Shown one piece after another: positions 1 to 13,394 of a DNA stretch of 64,000 bases. Numbering within the stretch: the first letter of the stretch is position 1; each line of letters starts with the position of its first letter. The notes beneath the pieces were generated by a model. It was not told where the DNA came from and searched no databases. It saw nothing but the letters and a program-made list of their open reading frames with translations. Both the position numbers and the translations under genes were made by a program. This DNA is from Octopus sinensis (taxonomy: Eukaryota), in the NCBI RefSeq assembly GCF_006345805.1, contig NC_042997.1:50158001-50222000 (forward strand), read 5' to 3'.

Positions 1-440
1 CATAAGTAACTCATTGCATATCATTCGGCATAATCGAGCACTGACTTCATTGTCTTTAATTTTTCGATTCTTTTTTTCCCAGTCTCCAACCAGTCTATAA
101 AAGAGACGAGCGTTCTATTTTGGTTCCAGGTTCTGTATATTATGCATACTTTCCATCAATCATCCTTAAGAAACTCGTTCACAATGTTTTATGGCCCCAT
201 TGAACAAAATATACCTAGTCATTGCTGAAAAATTTACCATCTCGTCGACGGAAAACTGTAAGTAACGATAAAACTGTAAGGCTGTTTATGGGGCTGTTTC
301 TAACTTTCAGTGAGCATTTACCGAAGAAATTGTACCTGTGATTTATTAAGGAGTTCTCAGTACAATGTTTTAAAAGATTTTACCATTGAATGTCACATAC
401 AAATTAAAAGAGAGGGTTAAACCATGCGGTGTTATCGTTA
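1..440 (-). mobile_element. Degenerate Penelope-like element fragment (RT-thumb/linker to GIY-YIG)
   Basis: Minus-strand translation gives broken WFNP.F..., NHRY..FGK.SLKV and CIIYR...FI..LET.KKR segments resembling the intact PLE at 30.0-30.9 kb; many stops and frameshifts. Confidence 0.4.
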
Positions 441-464
441 TATTTCTTATGACTTTGTGAGATA

Positions 465-875
465 GGCGTAGGAGTGGCTGTGTGGTAAGTAGCGTGCTTA
501 CCAACCACATGGTTCCGGGTTCAGTCCCACTGCGTAGCACCTTGGGCAAGTGTCTTCTACTATAGCCTCGGGCCGACCAAAGCCTTGTGAGTGGATTTGG
601 TAGACAGAAACTGAAAGAAGTCTGTCGTATATATGTATATATATGTATGTGTGTGTATATGTTTGTGTGTCTGTGTTTGTCCCCCTAGCATTGCTTAACA
701 ACTGATGCTGGTGTGTTTACGTCGCCGTCACTTAGCGGTTCGGCAAAAGCGACTGATAGAATAAGTACTGGGCTTACAAAGAATAAGTCCTGGGGTCGAT
801 TTGCTCGACTAAAGGCGGTGCTCCAGCATGGCCACAGTCAGATGACTGAAACAAATAAAAGAGTAAAGAGTAAAA
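465..875 (+). mobile_element. tRNA-derived SINE, family A (full length)
   Basis: Head ggcgtaggagtggctgtgtgg...ggttcagtccc (A/B-box-like), internal TA/TG microsatellite, tail ...ggcggtgctccagcatggcc...aaaagagt; more than 12 homologous copies in the window. Confidence 0.9.
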
Positions 876-1626
876 AAAGAGAGAGCTAGGTTGCATTGCT
901 TTGTATGAGCGTCATTGTCTTAAGATAATATTGAATATACTTAGGAGCTTCATCTCACCAATTTACTTATTTTCTCTCTATTTGGTCCAATACATTCATA
1001 ACCAATTCTTTTTCCTAACTCTTATATGCTTTCTCCATTTATGGTATCTTAAGTTAGCTTAAATGAGCGATTGCTCTCTGTACCTCCTATATCTTACGCT
1101 CCCTTCATCTTCCGCTTCTTGTAAACTACACTTCCATCTCTGTCAAGTTATAAATATATATATATATATATATACACATATATATATACATATTGATTTT
1201 TCCGATAACGTTTTTATATTTTGTATATTTTTACTATTCTTCAAGCTTCCTGCTGTTTTACCATTTCTTCCTCTCAACTTACATTACCTACTTACATTTT
1301 ACATTTTCGTCGAAGGTTTCTTACGCTATAACTTCCAATTTGTTTTTAAACTTATACCCACTATGATATATTGGCTATTATAAATGCTAAATTTTACTTT
1401 ATAATCGTTTGAAGTTTAGGATTTTAATATTTTTAGTGCCTCACTTTTGATCAAACATATATTTCATATATAAAGATGTCAATTTTCTTAAAATATTTAG
1501 TTATATCGCAAAACAGTAACACGAAACTTGGAGTATCAGTGGTGTTGAATATCATCAGTTTTTATTTGTTTCATATATATATATATATATATGAAACAGA
1601 CTGTTGTAATATCGTTCGCTAATATA

Positions 1627-2215
1627 TCAGGTCATCCCATAAGTTCTGTCCGAGAAGAGAACTTCATGGGAAAAAAGGTTCTTCTCTCTATCTGGTGGGA
1701 TTGCAAAGGAGTAATTCACTTGTTACTTCCCTAATGCAACAATCAGTGCTCAAGTCTACTGTCAGCAATTAGAGCGTTTGAACTAAGCTTTGAAGAAAAA
1801 AAGACCCGCCTTAGTGAATCGAAAAGGAGTGAAGTTTCATCAGGACCATGCGCGGCCCCACACTGCAAAGATCAAATCACAGAAGATCGAAGAGCTTGAT
1901 TGGGAAAAAATTCCTCATCCACCTTATTCTCCCGACCTTGTTCCTTCAGACTACCATTTATTTCGCAGTTTACAGAATCATTTGGGGGACATAGCTTTCG
2001 CAAGCCAGGAGGAGGTGGAAACTGACATTTCAGAGTTCTTTGCTTTGAAACCAAAAGAGTTTTACATTGATGGGATTAAAAAGGTTGTAAATAGATGAAA
2101 GAAAGTCAGAAATAATCAGGGAAAGTACATTGATGATTAAGTTTCAATCAAATATAACATTTGATCACTTGTTTTCTTTATTCAAAATTCGAACAAAACT
2201 TATGGGGTGACCTGA
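1627..2215 (+). mobile_element. Internally deleted mariner (DD34D) element with both TIRs
   Basis: TIRs tcaggtcatcccataagttctgtccga / tcgaacaaaacttatggggtgacctga, flanked by TA at 1625-26 and 2216-17; ORF 1790-2098 has HQDHARPH...HPPYSPDLVPSDYHLF. Confidence 0.9.
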
Positions 2216-2299
2216 TAATTCAACTTTTGGCACACAAATTTGTCTTCCCACTCTACATTCTACTATTTCTATTGCAGTGACATTTGATTCTCAGAGCTG

Positions 2300-2960
2300 G
2301 ATAATCGCGTACCATCTCCAATGAGGCCCATACGAAATGCTTATTCCATTATTTTCTCATCCTCCATATTGCGTCCTCACCACATAGATCCGATAACAAT
2401 CATGTAGTTCAGTCATTTTTCCTTAGAAATTAGTGACACCGCGGGAATATTCCCTGCAATTGATGAAGAAGCACTTCAACTGCGTCGATCTGACCAATCT
2501 TAGAGGGATCCCCAAGCCAAGCAAATACTTTTGTTCTCTGTTCCTTTGCTTACCTTTTCGAAACATAAGGCGAAAATGAACTCATTCCATATCAATTTGA
2601 GGATGTCTATCGACTGATCGGATATGAGAGAAAATTAAGGTGTACGATCACTCATAACCAAAATTTTCACCGATGATAATACTCTGCTGACTCCATGTAG
2701 GGAGACTTTGAGCATTTGTGATTGTATGTGAGACAAGTGCGATGTCGTCTGTGAAGTCGAAATTAGTGAGCGAATGCTTCAGATTTTCTCTGCTTTTGGC
2801 ACACGACATCAAGTCGTAAATGTTTTCCCTTTTATCTATGCAGACTGCAAAAGTTTTGTATGTACTTCTGATGGCGGGGCGTCAGCAAATGTTACCACAA
2901 TCAATGTCATTGAAACATGTGTCACCAGCATAAGAGAAAGAGTCCCCAAATAGACGTACG
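2300..2960 (-). mobile_element. Degenerate LINE RT fragment (RTE-like)
   Basis: Minus strand near 2760-2720 reads LTNFDFTDDIALVS (YADD-box region of non-LTR RT); the rest is frameshifted. Confidence 0.55.
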
Positions 2961-3231
2961 TCAAGATAGTGTTGTTAACATTAAAGTAAAACAACTAATA
3001 ACGATTTGAATTATTCCTGTCATGAACGTATATTTCGTTTTCTCTTACCGCATATCTGATTGTACTTTGGCTTTTTAATGTTCCAAGCATTAAATATGCT
3101 TTCACCCACTTAATTGTTAATTAACTGGTGACATTTTAGAATTATGTATTCCTACCTTCAGAAATCTAGTGCATATGAGTACGTATGTATGAATATCTGT
3201 GTGTATATGCGCATATGTGCGTGTATGTGTA

Positions 3232-3275
<44 letters not shown>

Positions 3276-3717
3276 CGTGTGTACGTGTGTAATTTGATTC
3301 ATAAACCAAATGTAATAGTACCTTATTCCACAACATCTGCTGTTTGGCCTAGATAACGATAAAAGATAATCACGTAGTTACAACTTTTTCTGATAAACTA
3401 CAAGAACTGACAATGTCCGCCTCGTCGAAAAATAAGTCAATATCTATTTGAATATTATTCTCACCGATATTTATCTTATCTCTCATATTACTATTCTTAA
3501 TGAAACATTGATCCACTCCTGATATAGTTACTATTTACTGGTCACACACACACGCATACACACACGTGCACACACACGCACACGCATACACACACACGCT
3601 CGCACGAGCATACACATACACACATATATTTACCATATGTCATATATCCGTTCTCTTTTCGCCTCCCACTATTTCTGGGATGGCCGTTGGGCCACATATA
3701 ATGCATACATTCAGACA

Positions 3718-5000
3718 TATTGGAAAGAAAGTAATTTCGTTGTTTTTAGTGTGAAATAAAAGTCATTTTTTCATACAAGGAATGAACTTTAATCACTTAT
3801 ATATTTTCCATTTTGTCTGATCCCCTTTTGCCGTCTTTCTAGCAACTTCATAATTCCGCGCTCATAGAACTTCTGCTCCTTATCAGCGAAAAACTGAAGC
3901 AAGTGCGATTTCAGTACGATTCCAGACGATTTCAGTGCGATTTCATAATTGAAAGTTTTACCATTCAAAGAATTTTGCAAACTTTGAAATAAATGGTGCA
4001 AAGTCAGGGCTATATAGTAGATGTGACATCACATCTCAACTAAGCTCCAGTAATTTTTCACGTGTTAGCAAAGACGTGTGTGGTCTAGAGTTGTCAAGGT
4101 GGAACATGATTCATTTACGATTTGCCAATTCTGGTCGTTTTCCTTTGATTGCTTCTTCCACTTTCATTAGTTGTTGACAATAAACATCTGAATTGATCAT
4201 TTGATTCCAGGAATCAGTACAAAATACACAGCACCTTTGTAATTCCACCAAATTGACGCCATGATATTTTTTTGAGCTATTCATCTTTCGATATGGTCTG
4301 TACTGGTTCATTACACTTGGACCATGATCGTTTTCGATTGATGTTATTGTATCCATTTTCATCCCCAGTGATGATTCATTTCAGAAAAAAGGTCGATTTC
4401 ATTGTGTTTGAGATGAATATCGCAAATATTGATTCGTTGTGTTACGTGAATCTCTTTCAATTTATGTGGAACCCAAATATCCAGCTTCTTAACGAATCCA
4501 AGACATTTTAAGCGATTTTCAATTGTTGTGTGTGATAGATTTAACCTATCTGCAATCTCTCGCACAGATATATGACAAAAGATTCAATTATGGCTTTGAT
4601 TCAGTCATCATCAGCTTCAGTAGGTCAACCAGAACGTTGGCCATCTTTGCGTGAAAAATCTCCAGAACGGAATTTTTAAAACCATTTCTGACGCGTGCAT
4701 TCCGTTAAGCAATCAACACCAAAAATTTCACATATTTCTTTGTGAGCTTCAGCCACTTTCTTGCCTGTACGGAAATAAAATGGCAAAATATGGTGAAAAT
4801 ATTCGTTTTTGCACTCCATGTTAAAAATGATACTGAACTAACAGTTGTAAACAAAATTACGTGCAATTTGCTTCTAAAGTAAGCTAAGAGTAACGGTTAT
4901 CAAATGTCAAAAACGGAAAAATCATAACATTGACAAAAGTCATTAAAAAAATTGCAACTCTCTAGTTGTGAAAAACGGAATTACTTTCTTGCCAACCCAG
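3718..5000 (-). mobile_element. Near full-length mariner transposon, pseudogenised
   Basis: ORF pieces 4359-4565 (HTH, WVPHKL), 4111-4362 and 3789-4001 (HLFQSLQNSLNGKTF); right TIR ctgggttggcaagaaagtaattccg next to TA at 5001-02; left TIR degenerate. Confidence 0.9.
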
Positions 5001-5039
5001 TACATACATAGATACATATATACGTATAGGTTTCAAATC

Positions 5040-5225
5040 TTAGCGTAAGACCAACTGTTTCGGTGGAGGGTTTAAGTCGATTATATCGCCCCTCCCTCGC
5101 CAAAGATAGACCGGTACGTATTTTATCGACCCCGAAAGGATGAAAAGCAAAATAGACTACGGCGTAATTTGAACTCAGATCGGACGAAATGCCGTTAAGC
5201 ATTTTATCTAAGCGTTGGCAATCCT
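5040..5225 (-). mobile_element. SINE family B, partial
   Basis: tttatcgaccccgaaaggatgaaaagcaaa...tttgaactcag shared with the full copies. Confidence 0.8.
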
Positions 5226-5240
5226 GCTAGCTTGCCACCT

Positions 5241-5244
<4 letters not shown>

Positions 5245-5319
<75 letters not shown>

Positions 5320-5323
5320 TATA

Positions 5324-5356
<33 letters not shown>
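5245..5356. repeat. (TA)n microsatellite, one of dozens (e.g. 22411-22500, 26040-26115, 35300-35890, 38370-38510, 38800-38920)
   Basis: Direct reading; source of the YIYIYI ORF artefacts. Confidence 0.98.
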
Positions 5357-5368
<12 letters not shown>

Positions 5369-5783
5369 ATATATATATATATATCAAGCACACACTGGGA
5401 AGATACATATGCAAGATAATATCATGAACACTTTCCACCAAAAACACCATTACAAGTATTTCATTTATTTCTTATCGTATTTTCTACTGAAGAGGGAAAA
5501 ATTCATAATATTAACCCCGAAATTGATTCAATATAGAAATAACGAACTTTTTAATAAAATTCTGTTAGCTCGCTTTCCTCGATTTCAGCACGACATGTAT
5601 CTATAATGAATGTATATTAAAATGTGGACAGTGACGATTTAAAGTCTGTTCTCAGCATATTGGCATTGAAATAGTTTTCTATTGCCCTTGTTTATAAGTT
5701 GTTTATAATTTTAACCTTTATAGGTAATTTAATATGCTGCCACTTTTGATGAAATTTTTTCTGAAAAGAATTTTATCCTATAT

Positions 5784-5849
<66 letters not shown>

Positions 5850-5954
5850 GAGTGAGTTGACAAATTCGCGTCACGCTTGAAAATCGGAGTATCGACGAAC
5901 TTGAATCAAACAGTTTTGATCCACACACGCACAACACACATACCCACACACATG

Positions 5955-6120
5955 GTTGTGTGATAAGAAGCTTGCTTTCCAACCACATGGTTCCGGGTTC
6001 AGTCCCACTGCATGGCAACTTGAGCAAGTGTCTTCTACTATAGCCTCGAGCCGACGAAAGTCTTGTAAGCCTAGAATAAGAATTAAGCTTACAAAATAAA
6101 AAGTCCTGGGGTCGAACGTA
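5955..6120 (+). mobile_element. SINE family A, internally deleted
   Basis: Head ccaaccacatggttccgggttcagtccc joined to the tail agaataag...tcctggggtcga. Confidence 0.8.
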
Positions 6121-6127
6121 TCGATCT

Positions 6128-6450
6128 CAGTACTTACTTTTTAAAGCTTGATACTCACACTGTCGGGATCTTGTGTCAAACCGCTAAGTTACGGGGACGT
6201 AAACACACCATCACCGGTTGTCAAGCGGTGGTGGGAGACAAACACAGACACAAAGAAACACACATACATATACATATACACATACATATATACGACGGGC
6301 TTATTTCAGTCTCCGTGTGCCAAATCCACTCACAAGGCTTTGGTCGAACCGAGGCTATAATAGAAGACAGTTGCCTGAAGTGCTACGCAGTGGGACTGAA
6401 CCCGGAACCATGTGGTTGGTAAGCAAGCTTCTTATCACACAGCTTCGCCT
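6128..6450 (-). mobile_element. SINE family A
   Basis: Reverse complement of the 465-875 family. Confidence 0.85.
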
Positions 6451-6470
6451 GTGCGTATATATATATACAT

Positions 6471-6707
6471 ATTTCTTTATTACCCACAAGGAGTTAAAGG
6501 TTAAACACAGAGGAGACAAACAAGGACAGACAAAGGGATTAAGTCGATTACATCGACCCCAGTGCGTAACTGGTACTTAATTTATCGACCCCGGAAGGAT
6601 GAAAGGCAAAGTCGACCTCGGCGGAATTTGAACTCGGGACGTAACGGCAGACGAAATACGGCAACGCATTACGCCCGGCGTGCTAACGTTTCTGCCAGCT
6701 CGCCGCC
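6471..6707 (-). mobile_element. tRNA-derived SINE, family B (full length)
   Basis: Minus strand ggcggcgagctggcaga...gagttcaaattccgccgaggtcgactttgcctttcatcc...gtaataaagaaat; nearly identical copies at 7658-7886 and 10064-10290. Confidence 0.9.
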
Positions 6708-7593
6708 TTATATATGTATATATCTATTGCAGACTAAATAAGACGTTTACATGTCATAAACTTATTTCGTTGCGAGAGAGAATAGAAAAGTTCATGGCAT
6801 TAAGGATTTTGCGAAAAGCCTGGTTGGAGGCTTAACCTTTCAAGTCCTTTTACAGGGCTAAGAAAAACTGAACGACCGATACAATAAGTGTGTGAATCTG
6901 AGAGGGTAATATGATGAATACAGCACACACAGACACACACGAATTTTTGCCTTATGCTTTTAACTCCTTGGAAGAGTTGCAGTAACGACATCAAGACAGC
7001 TGCCGTGTCTTGAGTACTTAATTTCTTTCAGAAAAAGAAGCAGACTGATATAAATAATAAGTGAGAGAAGAGAAAAGGAAATCGACCTTATTATAAATTA
7101 TTTTCAGACCCCGAAAGGATAAAAAGTAAAAACTAACTTTAACGGGTCTTGAACTCAGGGCATAAAGAAACAAAACTATTACGGCGAAGGAAAAAATAAC
7201 CGGCTGTGCAAAAAACTGTACCAGTTGGCTCGCCTACGCATGCACGTATTTTGATGTCACTATCTTGCAAAACAAATGGTTTATATCTATTTCAAAACAA
7301 CGTCAATGCATTCGATAATGTAGGAGTTGCTTATGTAATTATTTTTATTCATATCTATACTTCGCAATCAAAAGAGTGTAGCATTGACTTGAAGTATGTT
7401 TTTGTCAATAATCTTGACATCAGTTTTTCGATCTATATTTTGACGAATCATTAAGTGCAGCTTTTGATTCTGCCATTGTATTTTAGGCCTATAAACAATT
7501 GCGGAAAGCTTGTGCAAACACATACACGCACATACATTCCTATCTCTCTGTTTCTCTCTATTCTTTCTTTCTCTCTCTGCACACACACACACA

Positions 7594-7635
<42 letters not shown>

Positions 7636-7657
7636 GCACGCACACACATATATATAT

Positions 7658-7886
7658 ATTTCTTTACTACCCACAAGGGACTAAACACAGAGGGGACAAA
7701 CAAGGACAGACAAGGGGATTAAGTCGATTATATCGATCCCAGTGCGTAACTGGTACTTAATTTATCGACCCCGAAAGGATGAAAGGCAAAGTCGACCTCG
7801 GCGGAATTTGAACTCAGAACGTAACGGCAGACGAAATACGGCTACGCATTTCGCCCGGCGTGCTAACGATTCTGCCAGCTCGCCGC
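7658..7886 (-). mobile_element. SINE family B (full length)
   Basis: High identity to 6471-6707. Confidence 0.9.
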
Positions 7887-8264
7887 ACACACATATATAT
7901 AATGTAACAGGAACTGCATTAGATTAAATTACTGTGTACAATATTTATAATGTATATGCAAATGTAGAACGGTGTAACCTTTGATAGTTTGCCCCAGAGT
8001 GACTTTTGAAAAAAAATTGTGTTGAAAACCCCATTGAAGAAAAAACACAGAAAAAGAAACAGATTCATTGAGAATGTCGTGGGCGGATCGTCAAACATGG
8101 TGCTTTGACCTGATTTGGTCGCTTCAGTAACGAAGAACTCCAGACGTCCTGAGCTAAGCTGAAATATTCTTTTCAATATCGAAATCAGGAAGAAGACGCA
8201 ACCTTCACTGTATTGAACGAAAACTGGCCGGCCTAAATGAAATCAATATAGTAGTTATATATAT

Positions 8265-8837
8265 ATATACTAACAGCTGAGCCCGGTTTCACCTGGTCGG
8301 TTTGGATGATGTGGTTGTAAAACCTGCTCTGTGTAAGCATTCGACTTGTTTGGGCATACTTACATTAAAAAACAATTTTAAAATGGCTTTTTTCTGTTAA
8401 AACGCTAAAAATAACAGACCCAAAAAAAAGACAACCCAATAATAAGCGAACAAAGATGAACCATCTCACTTCCATTGCGCGCACACGCATACACACACAC
8501 ACACTCACATCCCCCCTTTACATAAACACACACGCACATATATTCACACAGTGTTGAAACGCTGTTTATAATTTTTTTCAGCGTACAATTTTCATCATCC
8601 CACTACCAAGTATGACGTCACCGCTTCCTTTCTTATTCATCTATCGCCCCTTCCTTTCGCATTCATAAACACAAGAGTATTATTATATTATATTATCTTG
8701 TTAACCATGGGAGCTATCAAAAAGAAAATATAAACCCAGTATCACCACCGGATCATTCTACACATCTGTAATATGCAATTCCACCCAGCCATTTGACCGT
8801 GAATACCAAGACCAGAAAGAATCGCCTATGTCAAATT

Positions 8838-8845
<8 letters not shown>
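8265..8845 (+). mobile_element. Putative non-autonomous Helitron/Helentron-like element
   Basis: Starts atactaacagctgagcccggtttcacctgg (typical ACTAG..GCCCG..TTC.C.CGG 5' pattern), has an internal CA microsatellite and ends ...gtcaaatttatata; class is inferred from the pattern. Confidence 0.4.
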
Positions 8846-8871
<26 letters not shown>

Positions 8872-9006
8872 TGTATGAATGTATGTATGTATGTATGTAT
8901 GTATGTATGTATGTATGTATGTATGTATGAATGTATGTATGTATGTATGTATGCATGTATGTATGTATGTATGTATGTATGTATGTATGTATGTATGTAT
9001 GTATGT
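8845..9006. repeat. (ATGT)n tetranucleotide microsatellite (also 17906-17965, 40255-40340, 50256-50320)
   Basis: Direct reading. Confidence 0.97.
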
Positions 9007-9007
9007 A

Positions 9008-9275
9008 CAGAAAGGGACGCAGAAAAAAAAAACAAGGAGAGAAAAAACATTTGTCCGGCACTAGTCGCCATGATAGATCGTTAGCCACTACACACAGTTT
9101 TTTCTCTCCTTGTTTCTCTCCTTGTTTTTTTCTGTGTCCCTTTCTGTAGAAGAGCGTAGGCTCGAAACGTAAGATACTTTTTCTATTCCTGAGCGTTATA
9201 CTTATACATCTGTTTGTTTTGTACACCACCTGTCTTCGTCTTTTGTTTTTTGTTTCGTAAACTCTCCCTATATAT
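9008..9275 (+). mobile_element. Short repeat family Y (PLE-tail-like) carrying a hammerhead-like motif
   Basis: Contains agagcgtaggctcgaaacgt; reverse-orientation copies at 13168-13340 and 39695-39895. Confidence 0.7.
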
Positions 9276-9464
9276 ATCACACACTCACGTGGTCGCACTT
9301 GTTGATCCTATCTTCTCTCACCACTACGAACTTCTCCACTGAACTCTTTATTTACTCTTCCTAAACCATTTACGGATTCGTTTGGATACTTACCCTCCGG
9401 CTCCACCTCTCATACACACGGATCACAGTGGACTCTACTCTTGATATGTATGTATATATATATA

Positions 9465-9790
9465 TGCAGAAATGGGTACAGGACGCCACTCACAGTAAAC
9501 AACATGAAATACCAAGACAAATGCGTTCAATATGCAAACAACGATGGAAACAAGTAGAAAACAGGACAAGCAGCACAAAGAACGATCCATTATCAGTTGT
9601 CAGTTGCCTATCTACTTCTCATAACGAGTCTTCGAAGACAGTTGCTCCAATAAATACCAAAGTAAAATTTTGGATTTATGGAGGATCAAAGTTGGGAACA
9701 AAAAGCAGGACAGTGGGGACACGGAACGAAAGCAAATATGGAGTGACGTTAGACCAGAACGATGGTAAAATATCGAACGCTAGAGAAATA
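9465..9790 (-). mobile_element. Short repeat family X (PLE-tail-like)
   Basis: Reverse complement matches 25020-25385 and 56695-56880 (gcaactgtctt.gaagactc...cttgtcctgtttt...tatttcatg). Confidence 0.65.
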
Positions 9791-10063
9791 TCTTCTTTGA
9801 GAGGAGAAAAGATAGAAGAGAGAGATAGAACAAGTACAGTCCTTGGGACAGTCCTGAAAGAAAAAAAGATGGTCACGTAAGGAAAAGAAAGATGGACGAT
9901 GATCACATGTGAGCAACGAAAGAAAGAAAAAAGAGAAAGAGGAGGAAAGCGAGACAGATAGGAAACGGTGAAGGAGAGAAAAGGAAATTAGAGAAAAGGA
10001 TAGGAGAGAAAACAGTATAGAGTAGAGTCGCATCAAAAAGATTAAGATAAACTTATTTGGAAA

Positions 10064-10290
10064 TGGCGAGCTGGCAGAAACGTTAGCGCGCCGGGTGAAA
10101 TGCTTAGCGGTATTTCGTCTGTCGTTACGTTCTGAGTTCAAATTCCGCCGAGGTAGACTTTGCCTTTCATCCTTTCGGGGTCGATAAATAAAGTACCAGT
10201 TTCGCACTGGGTCGATGTAATCGAGTTAATCCCTTTGTCTGTCCTTGTTTGTCCCGTCTATGTTTAGCCCCTTGTGGGTAGTAAAGAAAT
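10064..10290 (+). mobile_element. SINE family B (full length)
   Basis: Forward copy of 6471-6707; a diverged partial copy follows at about 10406-10620. Confidence 0.9.
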
Positions 10291-10353
10291 ATATTTGGAA
10301 ATGGTAATATAAATAAATAATAATCAAATAGTAATATAAATAAATAATATATA

Positions 10354-10403
<50 letters not shown>

Positions 10404-12012
10404 TGTTATATGGATCTATATGAAGGTGGCAAGCTGGCAGAAACGCTAGCACGCCGGACAGAATGCTTAACGGCATTTCGATCGTCTTTACGTTCTGACT
10501 TCAAATTCCGACAAGGTCGACATTGCCTTTCATCCTTTCGAAGTTGATGAAAATGGTAGCAGTTGAGCCCCGAGGTCGATGTAATCGACTAGCCGCCCTC
10601 CTACAAGATTTCAGAAAGGGTTATAGATACCGGTATGTCTGCGTCTATAGTTATGTGCCTGTAGTAACCATACGGAGTACATTTATATTTAATATTATAT
10701 CTTCTTTTCTTTCAACAGAAACGTCCTAGAAAACAGCTTATACAACAACGAATATTGACTTATTGATTGTTCCACTGGAAATGCCTCACTTTTCTCTTAG
10801 TATTTGTTTACTTTTCATACATTCGTCTTTCGTCTTTGTCATTTACCAATATATCAAGCAAGCCATGTAACTCCTTTAGGTCATAGGATCACTACTAACG
10901 TCGTCATCATTATGCAATGTATCAAATTACTTTAGCCTGTCAAGCTGCGACCTTAGCATATTTTACCACAGTAACATCGAGGAAACAACTTGTAAATTTT
11001 AGAGATTGCCTCTTCTTGCAGCAGTGGTTTTATATTTTCAACGAGATGAACAGGACAAGACACGTCAGTTAAAGAGCTGCTGTTATTTCTTTCTTTGGTC
11101 TTGTGTTTGGATCTGAGCCCATTGCCCTCGCATACCCTCTGAAACCGGAGAGATGCGATGCAGTTAGCCGATGAACATTTGTAAATCGGCCACAGAAAGA
11201 AAAAAAACGGGAACATGTACGGAGAGAAAATTTAATAGGATAATCATCTAAGGGATTTAATGATGTTGTGGCTAAGCCTGGGATTAACCACATGAGTGTA
11301 GATTTAAATATGGACGACGCGAGGAGGAGAGTTGTGGAAGAGCCCGAATATACCAACCAACCAACCAACCAACCAACCAATCAACTAGCGTCGCTCACTC
11401 CAGCCAGCCAGCCAGCCCGCCAACCAGCCAGCCAGCCAACCAGCCAGCTAGCTGGACAGCCAGTCAGCTAGTCAAATCCAAAGGCCACTATAGTGCGGGT
11501 AGGAAAAGTGAGAGAAGAGACGGGACATATTTCAAGAAGACATTGGTGTACCTTGAAGAGAGACTTGATGCCGACCATTCGAGTTACCATTTTTTCTGCA
11601 CTGTCTTGAATAAGGAAATAGTTTAATATATTTCGGCCACAAGCACAACACACCGAACTGAATTCCCTAACGCAAAGGGACATAATAATAAATGCTCTTC
11701 TATTCCAATGCTCTTCTATTCCATTCTACCATCCACGCATCATATTTGGTAAACCAAGATCTGAAATTCTGGAGACTGAGGTTATTTGATGGCATCGATC
11801 TCAGGGCATAACTGATACTTTATTTGATCGGAATTGACAGGATTTGAACAAATGTGGTTAAGTATTATCCACAACTATGAAAGTATATATAAAATATAGA
11901 AGAATTATTTATAAATCAAATGATATTTCAACAGCGTATCGTCACATCGATGCATAGAGAACATGACCTCTGTTAGCAACACACTTTTAGCTTATCTTTT
12001 TGTTTAGACATT

Positions 12013-12044
<32 letters not shown>

Positions 12045-12341
12045 ATTCAGGTAATTGTTCCAGATACATAATACACGTTGTACAATGATATTAGACACAC
12101 ACGTTTGAACATGTGCGCAAAATTTGGAAGTTAAGAGAGATAGACAGTTCTTTTACTTGTTTGTCTTTCTCTCTCACTCGCCCTCTCTCACTTTCCCTCT
12201 GTATATACTGATATGCATATATGTGTGACTGTGTGCGTGCGTATGTGTGTATGTTCATATATATATATATGGTTATACGTTCTATGGATATATGTTTCTC
12301 AGTGTATATACGTGTGTGAATGTGTGTCTGTATGTGTGTGT

Positions 12342-12385
<44 letters not shown>

Positions 12386-12470
12386 ATCGACTGGCAATGT
12401 CGCGTCGTTAGAGTGTTGTGATATTAATCCAAATCTCTGCGATGTAAGTTCATATTTTACCGAGGTCCAT

Positions 12471-12772
12471 GCTGTGGAGGCACATGGCCTAGTGGTTAGA
12501 GCAGCGGATTTGCTCGAAGGATCGCAGGTTCGAATCTCAGACCGAGTGATGTGTGTGTTTATGCGCGAAACACCTAAGCTCCTCGTGGCTCCGGCAGGAG
12601 GTAATGGCGAACTTCTACTGACTCTTTCGCCACAACTTTCTCTCACTCTTTTCTCCTGCATCTTGCAGCTCACCTGCGACGGACTGGCGTCCCGTCCAGG
12701 TGGGGAACCTATACGCCAAGGAAACCGCGGGAAACCGGCCCTTATGAGCCAGACATGGCTCGAGAAGGAACA
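12471..12772 (+). mobile_element. tRNA-derived SINE, family D, with V-domain-like segment
   Basis: A box tggcctagtgg, B box ggttcgaatc; cctgcgacggactggcgtcccgtccagg resembles the V-SINE core; single copy in the window. Confidence 0.7.
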
Positions 12773-13041
12773 AGGAGGTCCATGCTACATTTCATTCCAC
12801 TGTGTGAGGCAAATACTAAATTAAACCAAACAAAAAGCAAAGCAAAACAAAAAGTACAAAACCCTTCAGCTTTCTCATGCTGTATTTACTATTAAGCCAG
12901 GACCTGAAGAGGTGAGAAGGTACAGGTGTCATTGCTTGTTAGTACATGGTCCTAAAATAAATTAGAAGACATGCTAAATGCCACTAAGTCATAGTCGCTC
13001 GCGAGTGGCTGCTGTAGACTGTACACATGCGCGGGCGCGTG

Positions 13042-13072
<31 letters not shown>

Positions 13073-13125
13073 ATATATGCATATATGTATATGTTTATAT
13101 ATTTATATGTATGTATGTATATATA

Positions 13126-13167
<42 letters not shown>

Positions 13168-13170
<3 letters not shown>

Positions 13171-13340
13171 GGGAGGAATTCACAAAAAACAAAAGACGAA
13201 GACGGGTGGTGTAGACAAGAAACAGATGTATTAGTATAACGCTCGGGAAATAAAAAAAAGTCTTTAACGTTTCGAGCCTACGCTCTTGCACAGAAGAAAT
13301 GCAGAAAGAAACAAGAAGAGAAAATAAAGAATGCGAGTAT
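13168..13340 (-). mobile_element. Repeat family Y copy
   Basis: aacgtttcgagcctacgctct and flanks shared with 9008-9275. Confidence 0.7.
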
Positions 13341-13394
13341 GCATATATGTATATACATGCATTTCCACAAATCGCATAACGTTTGAGATCAGAG

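Noticed and set aside
498-701. Recurring ORFs ending ...AVGLNPEPCGW or ...SGTEPGTMWLVSKLLTTQP
   Set aside because: Antisense translations of SINE family A, not a gene family.
9428-9880. 150-aa ORF
   Set aside because: Overlaps repeat family X in antisense; no recognisable domain.
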